Below, one piece after another: positions 1 to 12,094 of a stretch of 64,000 nucleotides of DNA. Positions within the stretch are counted from its first letter, which is position 1. The number at the start of each line of letters is the position of its first letter. Under the pieces are notes generated by a model that had not been told where the DNA came from, did no database searches, and worked only from the letters and a program-made list of their open reading frames with translations. The position numbers were made by a program, and so were the translations under genes. Source of the stretch: Gracilinanus agilis (lineage: Eukaryota); assembly GCF_016433145.1 (NCBI RefSeq), contig NC_058132.1, forward strand, positions 561,451,044 through 561,515,043. Reading direction: 5' to 3'.

Positions 1-26
1 ATATATATATATATATATATATATAT
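1..26. repeat. (TA)n microsatellite, cut by window edge
   Basis: Pure AT dinucleotide run. Confidence 0.95.
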
Positions 27-204
27 CTTCTCCCTCCTCTCTCACTCTGTCTGTCTGTCTGACTCTTAAGGAAAAGTACTGACATACTGACTGAAAATAA
101 CATTGTGGTTTTTGTTGAACCAAAAGTAATATATATGACTGGAATATACTTAATCTCAAGATAAAGGGGAAAAATTTTAAGGAGTGTGGAGATAGAGACA
201 GAAA

Positions 205-387
205 TAATGTGATTTAGGGGACAAAATACTAGATTTGGAATATAAAGGCCCAGAGTTCAAATTCCCTCTCTGCCACTTACTGTGTGAGGTTGGATAAGTC
301 ATTTGATCCATCCAGCTTTCATTTCCTTCATCTGTAAGATGAAGGGTTGGTGACGGGCTTTTAGATTCCTTCCAGCTCTAAATTTAT
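205..387 (+). mobile_element. MIR (CORE-SINE) fragment
   Basis: agttcaaattccctctctgccacttac...ttccttcatctgtaagatga...ttccagctctaa: MIR core and tail. Confidence 0.7.
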
Positions 388-1904
388 GCTCTTTTGTTCC
401 TAAGTCACAGGGTACCCACAGGCCTCAATTTCCTTGCTTATAATATAAAAAGGTTGGTCTAGATGACCTCCAGTCTTTTCTAACTTTAAAACTGTGTGCT
501 GATCTCTGTAACAAAAGGATAATTAGGAAATGCTATTTGGTTTACCCTATAAATCTACATGCATGTTGACTTATTTTGATAAAAGTCTCCTTTATTTTAG
601 TTCAATGGCAGGCATCAATACATGAAATTGGATTTTTTAAGAATGTTTAAATTTTACAAAACCTTAGACTTTGTAAGAAACCAAGCCTATGCAAACCTTG
701 AGACCACTGATAAAGGACTAAGGCCTTACTTAAACCAATCTGCAATTAGCTTTCACAAGTCTTAAGTAAATAGAAGAATAATTCCTTAATTCACTTGTCT
801 TTTTCTGTTACAGAATTGGATTTGTATACTTAGGTCTAACACATTTCTAAAACGCTTTAGAATTTGCAGGTGGAAAAAGCTTTCTAAATGATGAAGACAT
901 AAAACATTGCCAGATTGTTCCCATTTTCCAAAAACAACAAATTGTTTACCTTGCCAGCAAAGATTTATGATTTGGTGATAAAACAATATCTGTTCTAAAA
1001 ATCGGCTCTTTTAAAATATTCTTGAATTACTGAAACCCAAACAATGTGCATTTATTATCCAAGATCAATGAGACTGGTAGAAAATTGTAATAACTTGGGA
1101 GAATAATAGTTTATTCCCTTTGTACTTTATAGCTTCTTCACTCAGCCCTGACTCATTTGAAATTTTAACGACTTAGAGAAATATAGATTATAGAGTCTTG
1201 GCTGAGACAGCAAATGTTTTCTCAACTAACCCACTGAGAATTATACCATTTAATATTAGTGTACAGGAAAGAAAATGATGAATTTATGGGGATGTTATCT
1301 CAAAGGTGTAAAATCCTGTATAGAAGAGAGAGTATACAATTCACAGGGATTTCAAAGTAATCAAGCAAGAATAAATCTGAAATTCTGAAGATACTGGAAA
1401 TTCTTTCACTGACCTTTCTGGGAAGTTAGAAAAGCTGAGTGTGCTTAAACTCCCATTTTCAACATTGTATCTTAAGTCATTAATCAGTTAACGTCAGCAT
1501 TGACTGAAATTTGATCAAGAAAACAAATTATTCTAGGGATTTGGTCAAAGGTTGTTTGTTAGTTACACTGAATGTCCGTGTTAAATATTATTGATCTAAT
1601 TATGGGAAACAACTTAATCTCTGTTTATTGTACATGAACTATCATCGTCAAGGAGGAAAGGTATAAAATATCAAGGCCAAAACCATGTTCGGTGAATTGG
1701 CATAGTTAGCTATTACTTTCGTAGACTTAGTAGCCAAATATAATAAAACTCAAATATAAATTTGCATATGGCTCATTTTATGAAACTAGCAAGGCCACCA
1801 AAGAAACCATGGTTGGAGCCAATGACCAGTGTTCACTAAATCTCCACTTAAAATATATAGCATGCATTTCTTTCTTTAGTAAATCCACCCTAAAGCCCAA
1901 GATT

Positions 1905-2015
1905 ATATAATCTTTTTATTCTACTTTGCAGATGAAGAAACAGACCCACCCAATTTCAGCTGTGACCATAGCTGAGTTTAGAATTTAGGATGCCTGACTT
2001 TCCTGCCAACATTCA
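1905..2015 (-). mobile_element. MIR fragment
   Basis: tttgcagatgaagaaacaga...gaatttaggatgcctgact, reverse MIR core. Confidence 0.55.
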
Positions 2016-2871
2016 GTCCCCTGGAAAAAACTGATAAAAGATTCACAGCCCAAGCAGGAGAGCCTTTCCCATTTCATTTAATCAGTTCTGCTGCCACTAC
2101 TTTGAAATGACTTCGATGTAGTTATGTAAGTTTTTTTTTTTGAAAGGGGAACTATTTTTTTCCTAGATGGCATTAGGATCGAGATAACTTTATAGTCCTA
2201 AAAGCCCCAGGTTTCTGTTCCAAAATTCTAAGGAAACTCCAAACCCAAGTTTAACTTTTCTCTCAAGAGCAATGTTAGGAGACAGATGCTTCCCTTTCTT
2301 TGCCCCTTAACATATATTTAATTGTGCAGATATTCTTGATCTTTTTGAGAAGCAAATATTTCTTTCACTTTCCCACTGATGCACAATAACATTGTAAAAC
2401 AATCACCATGATCATTAAGCGTTCATATAACACTTTATATCATCAAAGTGTTTTGCAATCATTTATTTTATAGGGAACGTTGTTCTGTGATTCAAATTTT
2501 ATCTCATCCTATGTTAGTCTAACAATCGTGGTCTAGGCATCCGATGAACAGATGGTATATCTGTTAGAGAAGCAAAGGTTGGCCCTTATTAAAGCTTTTA
2601 TCCTTTAATTGTTCATTGGTTTTCGACCTTTGTGCAGTTAAAACATGCTATCTTTATCTTCTTAGAAGTTAGGAGTCCTAAGGTTAGGTAGCACAGGCAC
2701 CTCAGGAAGAAAGTAGCCTGCCCTAAATATAAGTGTATTAACCCCCAATCTACCACCAGGAGCAAGACAATTGGAGGCAAATTTAATACTCCTCTCCTTG
2801 CCATCTTTTTGTCAAGAAGGAATCTTACAGAAGTAAGAAGTTCCTCCTCTATGATTTGGGAGAGTTAAACC

Positions 2872-3075
2872 AGAGAAGGAAGTTTCAGCCTTTTTTGAAT
2901 CTTGAGCCCCTTGGGCAATCTGGTGAAGCCTATGGACCCATTCTGAGAAGAATTACGAAAATATAAATAATATGTGCATAAAACAAAACAGAGGAGAATT
3001 TAATTAAGAAAACAGTTATGTGGAAAGGCAGCTATCAAAGGGTTATTGTCTGTTTCAGAAAGCAACCCCTGGATT
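2872..3075 (+). mobile_element. Old hAT-Charlie-like non-autonomous DNA transposon relic
   Basis: ctggtgaagcctatggaccc motif, shared with the copy at 4365. Confidence 0.55.
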
Positions 3076-3419
3076 TGAGGACCTCTCAGTTGCTTCTAGC
3101 TGTAGAATTTGGATTTATGAGAGAGTGAGAATGAATGTATTTTACTTTCCCACTCACTCGTGTTAAATGCCAAATCTAGGGAGAGAACCTACCAATGCAT
3201 GGAAAATGAGGCAAGTAGTTTGTCCCTGGTAATGAATACTATCAAGTAACACTTGTCCCTGTCCTCTAAAATTCTCGCTTTGCGTATGAGAGATTTTTCT
3301 CATTTAAGGCTCATTTTCCCAACTTTCAGCTTAGATAATAAAGCATAATGACCATATCATTTCCCCATAAAATGCCACTATCATTTCATTTTTAAAGTAT
3401 TTATTTATTTTTTTTTGTA

Positions 3420-3560
3420 TTATTTAAAGTATTTATTGAGCAAGTGCTGCATGCAGGGCATCATATGGAGTTGAGAAAGGCTCTAAAAGACCAGCAGATG
3501 CAAAATAAACAGAATTTACAGGCCCTACCTTCAAGAAACTTCCAGTCTAGTTAGAAAAAG
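3420..3560 (-). mobile_element. L2 3' fragment
   Basis: aagtatttattgagcaagtg...ccttcaagaaacttccagtctag, reverse L2 tail. Confidence 0.55.
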
Positions 3561-3817
3561 GTCATTAATTCATTTGTTGTTCATCCCTTCATTTTCAGGG
3601 ACCAATGAATGACATCACAGATGGTGTCTAAATGCTCCTGGGAAAAGACAGAAGATGCATTAGAAAGCAATGCATCCTCAAAGGCAGCATAATAGAATAC
3701 TGGATATGTAAGCATTAAAGGACTGAGCAGTAAAAGAGGGATCAAAGCAATTGGAGATCTGACTTGCCCTTTTAAATTGCCCAGATTGTACCATGGAAAA
3801 ACTCCCAGATGCTAACA

Positions 3818-4018
3818 GTCCTGGAAAGAACACTCAGCTTGGAGTCAGTTCAAGTCCAGGCTTTGTCATTTATTAGCAGTCAAAGCAAGTAAGTCACTTA
3901 ACTTTTGAGCAAAGATTCACTTTACTCAAAATAAAACAGGGATGTTAAAATGGAACTACATAGCTCACAAGGTGCTATGAAGAAAGAGTTTTACAGGCCA
4001 TTAAGGGATATATAAATG
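3818..4018 (+). mobile_element. MIR fragment
   Basis: ttggagtcag...aagtcacttaac...aaaacagggatg. Confidence 0.6.
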
Positions 4019-4364
4019 GGAACTGAAATTCCTTCCTATTTAACCAGTCCCTCTACTGTCCTGCATAGAGCATGGACCATAAGAAAGCATTCCCACTGGC
4101 CCTGCCCCTAGAGAAAGCATCTCATTGACCCTTTCTACAGTAAAAAAAAAGCTAATGGGAATCCCTTTCTCTGGCTACCTACCCAACCCCCCAGCTTGTA
4201 CTGACAGGCACACCTATGGCCAAATACAGATCTGCAATGTATGATCACAGCCACCAGTGTAGACAGTGCTCGGTGCCATCATCTGAACAAAGGGATAGTG
4301 TGGAAGGGATTGTGCTTCTCCATGGATTTCGCCTCCCCAAACCCATCATTTCATGATAAAAAAG

Positions 4365-4530
4365 AGTTCTCAGCCTTTTTTAGGCATTCTAGTGAAGCCT
4401 ATGAACCCTGTCTCACTGCAGTGTTTTTAAGTGCATAAAATAAAATATGTAGAATTATAGAAGAGACCAATTATAGAGAAAAATCATAAAAATATTTTTA
4501 AACAAGTTCATAAAACCACCAAGTTAAAAA
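4365..4530 (+). mobile_element. Old hAT-Charlie-like relic, same family as 2872-3075
   Basis: ctagtgaagcctatgaaccc...gtgcataaaataaaata. Confidence 0.55.
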
Positions 4531-5152
4531 ATCCTACACTAAAGAAGCATCTCCCTCATGGGAATACGAATAGCAGGGGAATGAGTCAAATAAAGCTTCC
4601 TACCACATCCAACCTCCCTCTGCAAGCTGGAATTCAGAGTACAGTATTGGCCATATTGAGGGCAGAGACCAAGACTCAGCTAAACTTTGTATCTCTCCCA
4701 ACATCGAGCACACTGTTTTGCCCACAATAAGAGCTTCACATTAAATATTATTTAACTTGATCCTCACAACAACCATGGTGGGTAAATAATATTTACAGGA
4801 TGCTTTGAAAACCTTAGAGTGCTATATAAATGAGAGCTATTATCATTGCTTATCCTCCCTCTGCTTCATTTTCCTTATCCATAAGATGGACCAGAGGACC
4901 TTCGAGGTCCCTGCCAGCTTCAGATCTATTACCTGTATTGTTACAATTGTTCTATATGGTTTTTTTCTTTCCCTCATTTTAGATTGTAATCTTCTTGAGG
5001 ACAAAGAAAGATGAAGGGACAGTCAAACAAGCAGAAGAGCAGGAGTCTATGAAGCTTTAGAAGCAATGGTGTGAAATGGGAAGTTGATGGCCCCAAAACA
5101 TAAGAATAAATCATGGAATTTGGGGTAGTATCAGAGTTTGAAGACAAGTTAT

Positions 5153-5320
5153 AGGAGCCTAGGGTTCAATTCTGGTCTCAGACACTTCCTAGCTGTGTGA
5201 CCCTAGGCAAGTCACTTAACTCCCATTGCCAAGCCCTTACTGCTCTTCTGCCTTGGAACCAATACATAGCACTTGATTCTTAGATGGAAGGTAAGGGTTT
5301 TTTTTTTTAAATAAAAATAA
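5153..5320 (+). mobile_element. SINE1_Mdo-type SINE, 5' truncated
   Basis: ggttcaattctggtctcagacacttcctagctgtgtgaccc...gaaggtaagggttt. Confidence 0.85.
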
Positions 5321-5369
5321 GTGAATCGGGATGTTATAAACCAAAGTACTATGAAACATCCAAAGAAGT

Positions 5370-6890
5370 AGTTCATTACCAATAGAAAAGTTTGGAGAAG
5401 GCTTCCTGGAGGAAGTGGCCTTTCAATTGTGGTATAAAGGCAATTTAATAAGTAAAAGTAAGGAGAGCAGATATTCCAGCCAGGCATAGGGAGTAGCATG
5501 ATCACCAGCACAAAATCAAGAAAGGATAGTAAATGTCTGAGAGGCAGTGCTCAAGTTTGGCTAAGTATATATGGAGGGGAATAATATTTTTTAAAGTTTG
5601 GAAGAATAAAGTGGTACAAGATTATAGATAGTCTCAAATGCCATAAAATTAATAAATCTTGTTGATATAAAGGAAATTGAGTTTTGTTCAGCAGGCATTT
5701 ATCATAGAGCTAAGACCTCAGAGATCATCTAATCCAACCTCCTTATCTTATAGAAGAAACTGAAGCCTAGAGATGAAATGATTCATTTGAGTTCATACAA
5801 GAATGATTATTCACCAGAAATCAGGTTCAAACCCAAGTCTTCTGTCTCTAAACCCAGTGCTTTTCCAACAATAACATTCTGTCCACAATGTTTTTTGTCT
5901 ATGATATTTTTGAACAAGAAACTAACACAATCAGATCTATGAGTAAGAAAAATCATTCTGGCAACCATATAAGAACATGCCTGGGGTGGTAAAAAAGTAG
6001 AAGGGGGAAGACTTGTTAGGGAACTATTGCAAAAATATGGGTGGATGGTAAAGAGGGCCTGTGCTTGTGTGAGTAATGGTAATGGAAGGGAGGGATTTCA
6101 AGAGATATTGGGGAAATGAAGTCAATAGGACTTAGTAGTCAATTGACTGTTAGAGATATAGAAAATGGTTATCAAAGATAGCCCAAAGATTATGAAAGTG
6201 AAAGACAAGGTGGTGGCACAGACAGATTGAGTGAAGTGTAAATAAATAAGAGTCTGTTTAGATAGAACATAATGAATCCAGTTTGGGATATGTTGAATTT
6301 AAGCTATTGATGGAGCTTTGTGGTAGCAATTTCCAGTAGGCAGTTATTGATAAGGGTCTAAAATTCAAAAAATAATATGAGGGGGCAGCTGGGTGGCTCA
6401 GTGGATTAAGAACCAGGCCTAGAAATGGGAGGTCCTAGGTTCAAATCTGGCCTCAGACACTTCCTAGCTGTGTGACCCTGGGCAAGTCACTTAACCCCCA
6501 TTGCCTAGCCCTTACCACTCTTCTGCCTTGGAGCCAATACACAGTATTTTCTCCAAGAAAGAAGGTAAGGGTTTAAAAAAAAATTTTAAAAAATAATTTG
6601 AGCCTAGCACTGTAGCTTTGGCATCATTTACAATGGTAATTAAAGTTAGGAGAGTAATAAGGAGATAATGTAGGAAGAGAAGAAAGAAAGGTCATGGACA
6701 ACCCTTTGAGAGATACCTGCATTAAAGGATCAGAAAAAGAATGAAAAGCCTGGAAAGCAGACAAAGAAGGAGCAGATGAGTATCCAGAGGGGCAGGAAGA
6801 GGTAGCCTTAGAAGCCAAAGAAGGAACCAACACTCCATCAGAGAAGGTTCTGGATAAGGTAGGAGGAGGTGAAATTGAGGACAAAGGATG
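5370..6890 (-). mobile_element. Degraded L2, interrupted by a MIR (~5695-5870) and a SINE (6381-6587)
   Basis: Purine-rich reverse L2 motifs (ggcttcctggaggaagtgg; tttgggatatgttgaattt). Confidence 0.5.
6381..6587 (+). mobile_element. Full-length SINE1_Mdo-type SINE
   Basis: gggggcagctgggtggctcagtgg head, A-tail, 14-bp TSD aaaaaataat(a/t)tga. Confidence 0.93.
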
Positions 6891-7132
6891 AGGGGATTGC
6901 TCTGAGAACCAAGGTTACTTCTTTTTCAGTGACCAGAGGGAAAAAATGAACTTAATCTTCCTTACAAGATGGCTCCAGATAAAAAACACTCTATTGGTCT
7001 GCATCCATTCAAAACTATAGTTCACAAACTCCAACCAAAGTGTTTATTTTTTCTTCTTTGAGGTCAAAAGTAGCTCAAATAAGTAATTAATCAAATTACA
7101 TAGTGCTAAAAGTATAATAAAGCATTTCCCTG

Positions 7133-7915
7133 TGTAAGAGTTAAAATAGGGGTTTTGACAAAATAAGAGAACAGTCTTTAATAATTTAAGATTTAATGAG
7201 AATATAGTAGAGTTGTAAATTAATATTATCCTTTTAAGCCAGAGAAAATAAAACTTCTAGCAGCTTTGAACAATTAACAATTTAGTTTAATTAAAATAGA
7301 GATAGTAAGAGAATATAGCAAAATGAATATAGTAAAGGAGAGAAATATAGGAAACAGGTAGAGAAAGAAAATTTCCTAATGTCTATACTAGTGTCTAACT
7401 GCCTATAAATACCTATAATTGCTACCTAAAACTGCCTATATCTACCTATAATGCTTATAACTACCACTAATAATAATAACCACCACTCCACAAAGTTCCA
7501 ACCCAATCCAGTCCAATCAAAACCAACCCAATCAGTGTTTAATCCAAGCCCAATTAGGTCTATCAACAAAGACCAGCCACCTCCCAAAAAGTTCAAGAAA
7601 GAAAAAACTAACAGCCCAAACCAAAAACCAAAAAGTCCTCTCAGTAAGCTCAGGCCTGCCTCTATATTCCAGCAATTAAATGCAAACCACCAACCCAATA
7701 TACTCCCAGCAGCCAATTTCCTGCAACTGTCAGCAACAGACAGACTGACCAACTCATGCTGACCTCTATTATAACCTTTTCTTACCTCACATCCTGTCTC
7801 AATGATTCCTCCTTCCTGGTCTCTATAGGCTGGTTAACCCCTGTACATCTCCATGGTAAGAGGACCTCCAGGTCCCCTGTTAAATTAAAAAAGGAATAAA
7901 GAATTCCTTTTTACA
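7133..7915. mobile_element. Solo ERV LTR, 783 bp
   Basis: TGTAA...TTACA termini, exact 4-bp TSD cctg (7129-7132 / 7916-7919), AATAAA at 7895. Confidence 0.8.
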
Positions 7916-9018
7916 CCTGCAGATCTTGGTCACACTTTCTTATAAATACACACATGTATAAAGACCACATGTAGATAGGCACACACATAAGCAATAGATA
8001 TATCCAGAGCTCACACAAGGGAGAAACATATGACCAGGTATTTTTAAAAAGGGATAATTCATATCTCCAATATGTCCATGATGCTGTTTTCTTCTAGTGA
8101 TCTCATCACTTGACCTACTGCTATTGGTCTTTGTGTGGTATGAAGTCTCTTCCAGGTATTGCTACTTTCCTGTCTTATGTGGTCACTACTTGGCTATTGC
8201 TAGTGCGGCTTTCTTGGGAAAGAAGTTGCATAATTTTTCTCTGCCTCAGGCCTTGGCTTCAGGTGGAATCCTTAGACAAGATGCTACCCATTTTTTTTCC
8301 AAAGGAGAAGATGGATTTTGCCATTGTACTCTTAGCATAAACTTCAAGGGCTTTTTGCTATATTTAGAAAGGCAGAGAATCTTCCTATATTCATTCAGTC
8401 TTGTATGGGGAAGAAAACAGTGGAGAAAATCCTTCACTGGTTTTCCTCTCATGGTGGAAAGAAGAAGAAAGACTTTTCTCTATATCTCCAAGGGTTGGTC
8501 AAAATGAGTATTTCCTCTCCAGAAGCAGATCCTCACCCAAGATATCAAATTCTTTGGAAAATAGTGAACTAACTAACCAGTTCCTTGAGGCTAAGACCAT
8601 TTTTTGATGCTATTTTATGATTTCAATGGGCAAAGTCTACATCAGAAACTATTTATTCTGACTTAAGGTTAGAATTTCTTGTACTCGCCATTTAGAGGCT
8701 ATCCTTTTAGAAAAGTGGCCATTTTCTTAAGATTTGGCACCCCCTTTCCAAATTTCTCAACCCCTCTGCAAATGAGAAGAGGGCACTAAAGCTCAGGGGG
8801 GAATAGATGCCTGGTAGCATTCCTACCTTTAATATGTATATGAATCTATCAAGGAATTAACAGAGAGTGAATACATGTCTTTGCTCCTCTTTTAGCACTA
8901 TACCAGAAATAGGCCACTTCTCATCCAGACCATACTCTCTGGCAGATGTCTTGCTGACAAAGAAAATATTGGGTGTGGGAAATATAATATAATCCAACTG
9001 CCCTCTGAAGCCCAAATG

Positions 9019-9115
9019 TTTTGTTTAGGAGGTTATTTGTTATATATATATATATATATATATACATAATGCATATATATATATATATATATAACAAATA
9101 ACCTCCTAAACAAAA
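9019..9115. repeat. AT-rich palindrome: 43-bp perfect arms, 11-nt spacer
   Basis: ttttgtttaggaggttatttgt(ta)n ... (at)n acaaataacctcctaaacaaaa. Confidence 0.95.
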
Positions 9116-10384
9116 AAAAATAAATAGAAACTATTTAGAAAATTGTCTTGTGGGTTTAGTTCTCTTCCACAGTTATTCTTTTTTTTTCCCCAAATAATTC
9201 AGGTCTCTTTGGGCCCTGGGAGTTCTCTACCCATTTCTGCTACAAACCTAATAGTAGAATGGAAATGCCAAGGCATAAAGGAAAAACAGGCATCTTTGGG
9301 GCCCGAATGAAATGAAAAATCCAAAATCAGAAGCAGATGTCTCTTCAGTGGCTTTAAACACCTCACTCCAAAATTGTCTGAAAATTAAATTCAGCAGGCA
9401 AAGTCCTTTTCAAGTCAAGAGACCCCTTTCCACTGTCCAATGTTAGAGAACAGCTCCCTTAGGAAAAACAAGTCACTTCATTTTTCATGTATGTGCTAGA
9501 TGTGGGTGTTTGGTGTGGGAAAAGAAGGAAGGGAAACCTTTTCAATAGAGACAGTACAGAGGTTTCTGACACTGATGGATCCACCCAAAGAACACCCAGA
9601 GAAATGTTAGTTGCTTTGAAAGTTTTCCAGGACAAGGTTAATGTCCTACTTGGCCAATTTCCAGAAAGCCATACATTCAGAGTGCATTTGGAATGTTAAT
9701 GGCTTCTCCTTTTACTCTCAAAGATGAGAGAGGCAATGCTGCTTTTCAGTGCTTTCCTAAATCCCATCTGATACCTTACAACTGTGTCCAGTCACCATAG
9801 AAGTGAGGAACGGAAGCTGGTCACAGTCACAGATAAAGGATGGACTTTGTTCTGACTAATAATCCAAAGCCCAGGTCCCCCTTTCAGACAATGCAGAGCC
9901 TAAAGGAAGGAATAGAATGTGTAGATCTTTGATGTTAATTAATTCTTAATTCTGTCAGGTGGATTTCTACATGGTTGATAAACCTACCATTTCCATCCCA
10001 CCTATCAACACTACCACAAGAATCTAATTATTTTTCATCGTAGTATCTTAATTTTGGAAATTATCCTTGAAAGAATTCATTCATTTCCCATTGTAGCAAA
10101 TACCACATTAAAATCATTCAATATAGATGAAGATATAATTGTTAAGTGCTCCAAAGGAAGAAATTCCTTTACTCCCTGTAAATATTCAATAACCTTCAAG
10201 AACTCTTATGGAAATATAACTCAAAACCTTCACATTGAAGCTCAGACTTTCCTCTCATACTGTCCTCTGTGAGAAAAGAGCAAAACTAGTCACAGTCCTG
10301 GGTGCCACTTATTTCCCATTTGCCACTGACATCATTTCTTAAGCATGTCAAGTATTTGAGAAACAGTGTGTCAAGCACAATGTA

Positions 10385-10910
10385 CAAAAAGGAAAAGTCA
10401 CAGATTTTGAGAGTTCAAAGAGACCTCAACCGCTACTGTGTCCAACCCCCATTTAAATATCTGTGTAGTGGTCATCTAGACTCTGCCTTGAAACCTGCAA
10501 AGAGGGGGAACATTCCACCTCTATAGGCAGCCAAATCTACTTTTGGACAGCTCTAATTGTCAGGATGTTTTTGCTGACATCAAGCCTAGATTGGACTCTG
10601 CCAATTCTCTGCATCAGTTCTGATTCTCTGCTTTTTGGAGCCAAATAGAACAAATGGATTCCCTCCTCCAGATGACAGATTTTCAAATACTTGAAGACAG
10701 CTACCAAGTCTTCCCTTCCCCCCAAGTCTTTCACTTCTACAGGTTAAACATGTCCAGATCTTTCAATTAATCCTAATGTAACCTGGACTTAAGAACCATC
10801 ACCAACCTGGCTGCCCTTCTCTGGATATTTTCCAGCTTATCAGTATCCATCTGAAACCATGGCACCCAGAACTGAAGACAATACTCTAAATGAGGTCTGA
10901 TGAGGTCAAA
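10385..10910 (-). mobile_element. L3/CR1 3' fragment
   Basis: ORF 10537-10734 (DLVAVFKYLKICH...RLDVSKNILTIRAV) resembles the CR1 ORF2 C-terminus. Confidence 0.8.
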
Positions 10911-11378
10911 GTCACATCATATTGGAGAGTAGAATGTTTCATGAACTGTGCCTGGTCACACAATGTTCTGTTCTTATAAAAGTGCTGTTCCTAGGCTCTC
11001 GAGGACTCTGCTAGGCAATTATGCTACCTTTCCCACTATATACATTTCATATGACAACTAGCTAGACTAATCTCTCTTATGAATAGATATGGTCATTTAA
11101 CTTTTCTGCCAAAAAATCTTCTTTGGCTATTTTTTGCCTACCAAGTAAAGTTCAATATTTAACATTTAAGGCCCTTCAGAATCTGACACTATGCTATCTT
11201 GATAGACTCATGTCAAACTTATATACTTATTGAAACCTCATCTTGCCCTCATTCACCATATACTCTATGCTCCAGTCAATCTAACTGTTTTTATCTCTGT
11301 ACTTTCCTAGTGCCATGCCTCTGTTCATGTTTTTTTACTTGCCTAGAATGTTCACATTTTCTCTAAAGCATTCTTTGT

Positions 11379-11478
11379 TATTGTTGTTGTTCAGTTATTT
11401 TCAGTCTTATCTGACTCTTCTTGATCCCATTTGACATTCTTTTTTTGGGGGCAGAGATACTAAAGTGGTTTTCTACTT
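11379..11478 (-). mobile_element. Mar1-type SINE 3' fragment
   Basis: ttgttgttcagttattttcagtc...gactcttcttgatcccattt, RTE-like tail. Confidence 0.7.
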
Positions 11479-11997
11479 NTCAAAATGAGTATTTCCTCTC
11501 CAGAAGCAGATCCTCACCCAAGATATCAAATTCTTTGGAAAATAGTGAACTAACTAACCAGTTCCTTGAGGCTAAGACCATTTTTTGATGCTATTTTATG
11601 ATTTCAATGGGCAAAGTCTACATCAGAAACTATTTATTCTGACTTAAGGTTAGAATTTCTTGTACTCGCCATTTAGAGGCTATCCTTTTAGAAAAGTGGC
11701 CATTTTCTTAAGATTTGGCACCCCCTTTCCAAATTTCTCAACCCCTCTGCAAATGAGAAGAGGGCACTAAAGCTCAGGGGGGAATAGATGCCTGGTAGCA
11801 TTCCTACCTTTAATATGTATATGAATCTATCAAGGAATTAACAGAGTGAATACATGTCTTTGCTCCTCTTTTAGCATTATACCAGAAATAGGCCACTTCT
11901 CATCCAGACCATACTCTCTGGCAGATGTCCTGCTGACAAAGAAAATATTGGGTGTGGGAAATATAATATAATCCAACTGCCCTCTGAAGCCCAAATG

Positions 11998-12094
11998 TTT
12001 TGTTTAGGAGGTTATTTGTTATATATATATATATATATATATACATAATGCATATATATATATATATATATAACAAATAACCTCCTAAACAAAA
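11998..12094. repeat. Second copy of the AT-rich palindrome
   Basis: Same sequence as 9019-9115. Confidence 0.93.

Larger units (their letters stand above)
8499..11478 (+). repeat. Copy 1 of a near-identical tandem duplication
   Basis: Matches 11480-14452; identical ORFs recur at offset 2974. Confidence 0.97.

Noticed and set aside
2473-2511. 39-nt exon candidate (ERCSVIQILSHP, vaguely kinase-like)
   Set aside because: Too short, weak donor, no other kinase exons in the window
6381-6460. tRNA-like A/B boxes (also in other SINE heads)
   Set aside because: tRNA-derived SINE heads followed by a CORE domain and tail, not tRNA genes
7426-7762. Overlapping 103-aa and 108-aa ORFs
   Set aside because: By-product of A/C strand skew inside the LTR; low-complexity peptides
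8097-8607. 136-aa ORF and overlapping ORFs; GDMNYP on the minus strand resembling CR1 endonuclease GDFNYP
   Set aside because: No recognisable domain, and the surrounding CR1 motifs do not align
10213-10251. 39-nt minus-strand exon candidate (DSMRGKSELQCE)
   Set aside because: Good acceptor but poor donor (GTTTTG); unrecognised peptide
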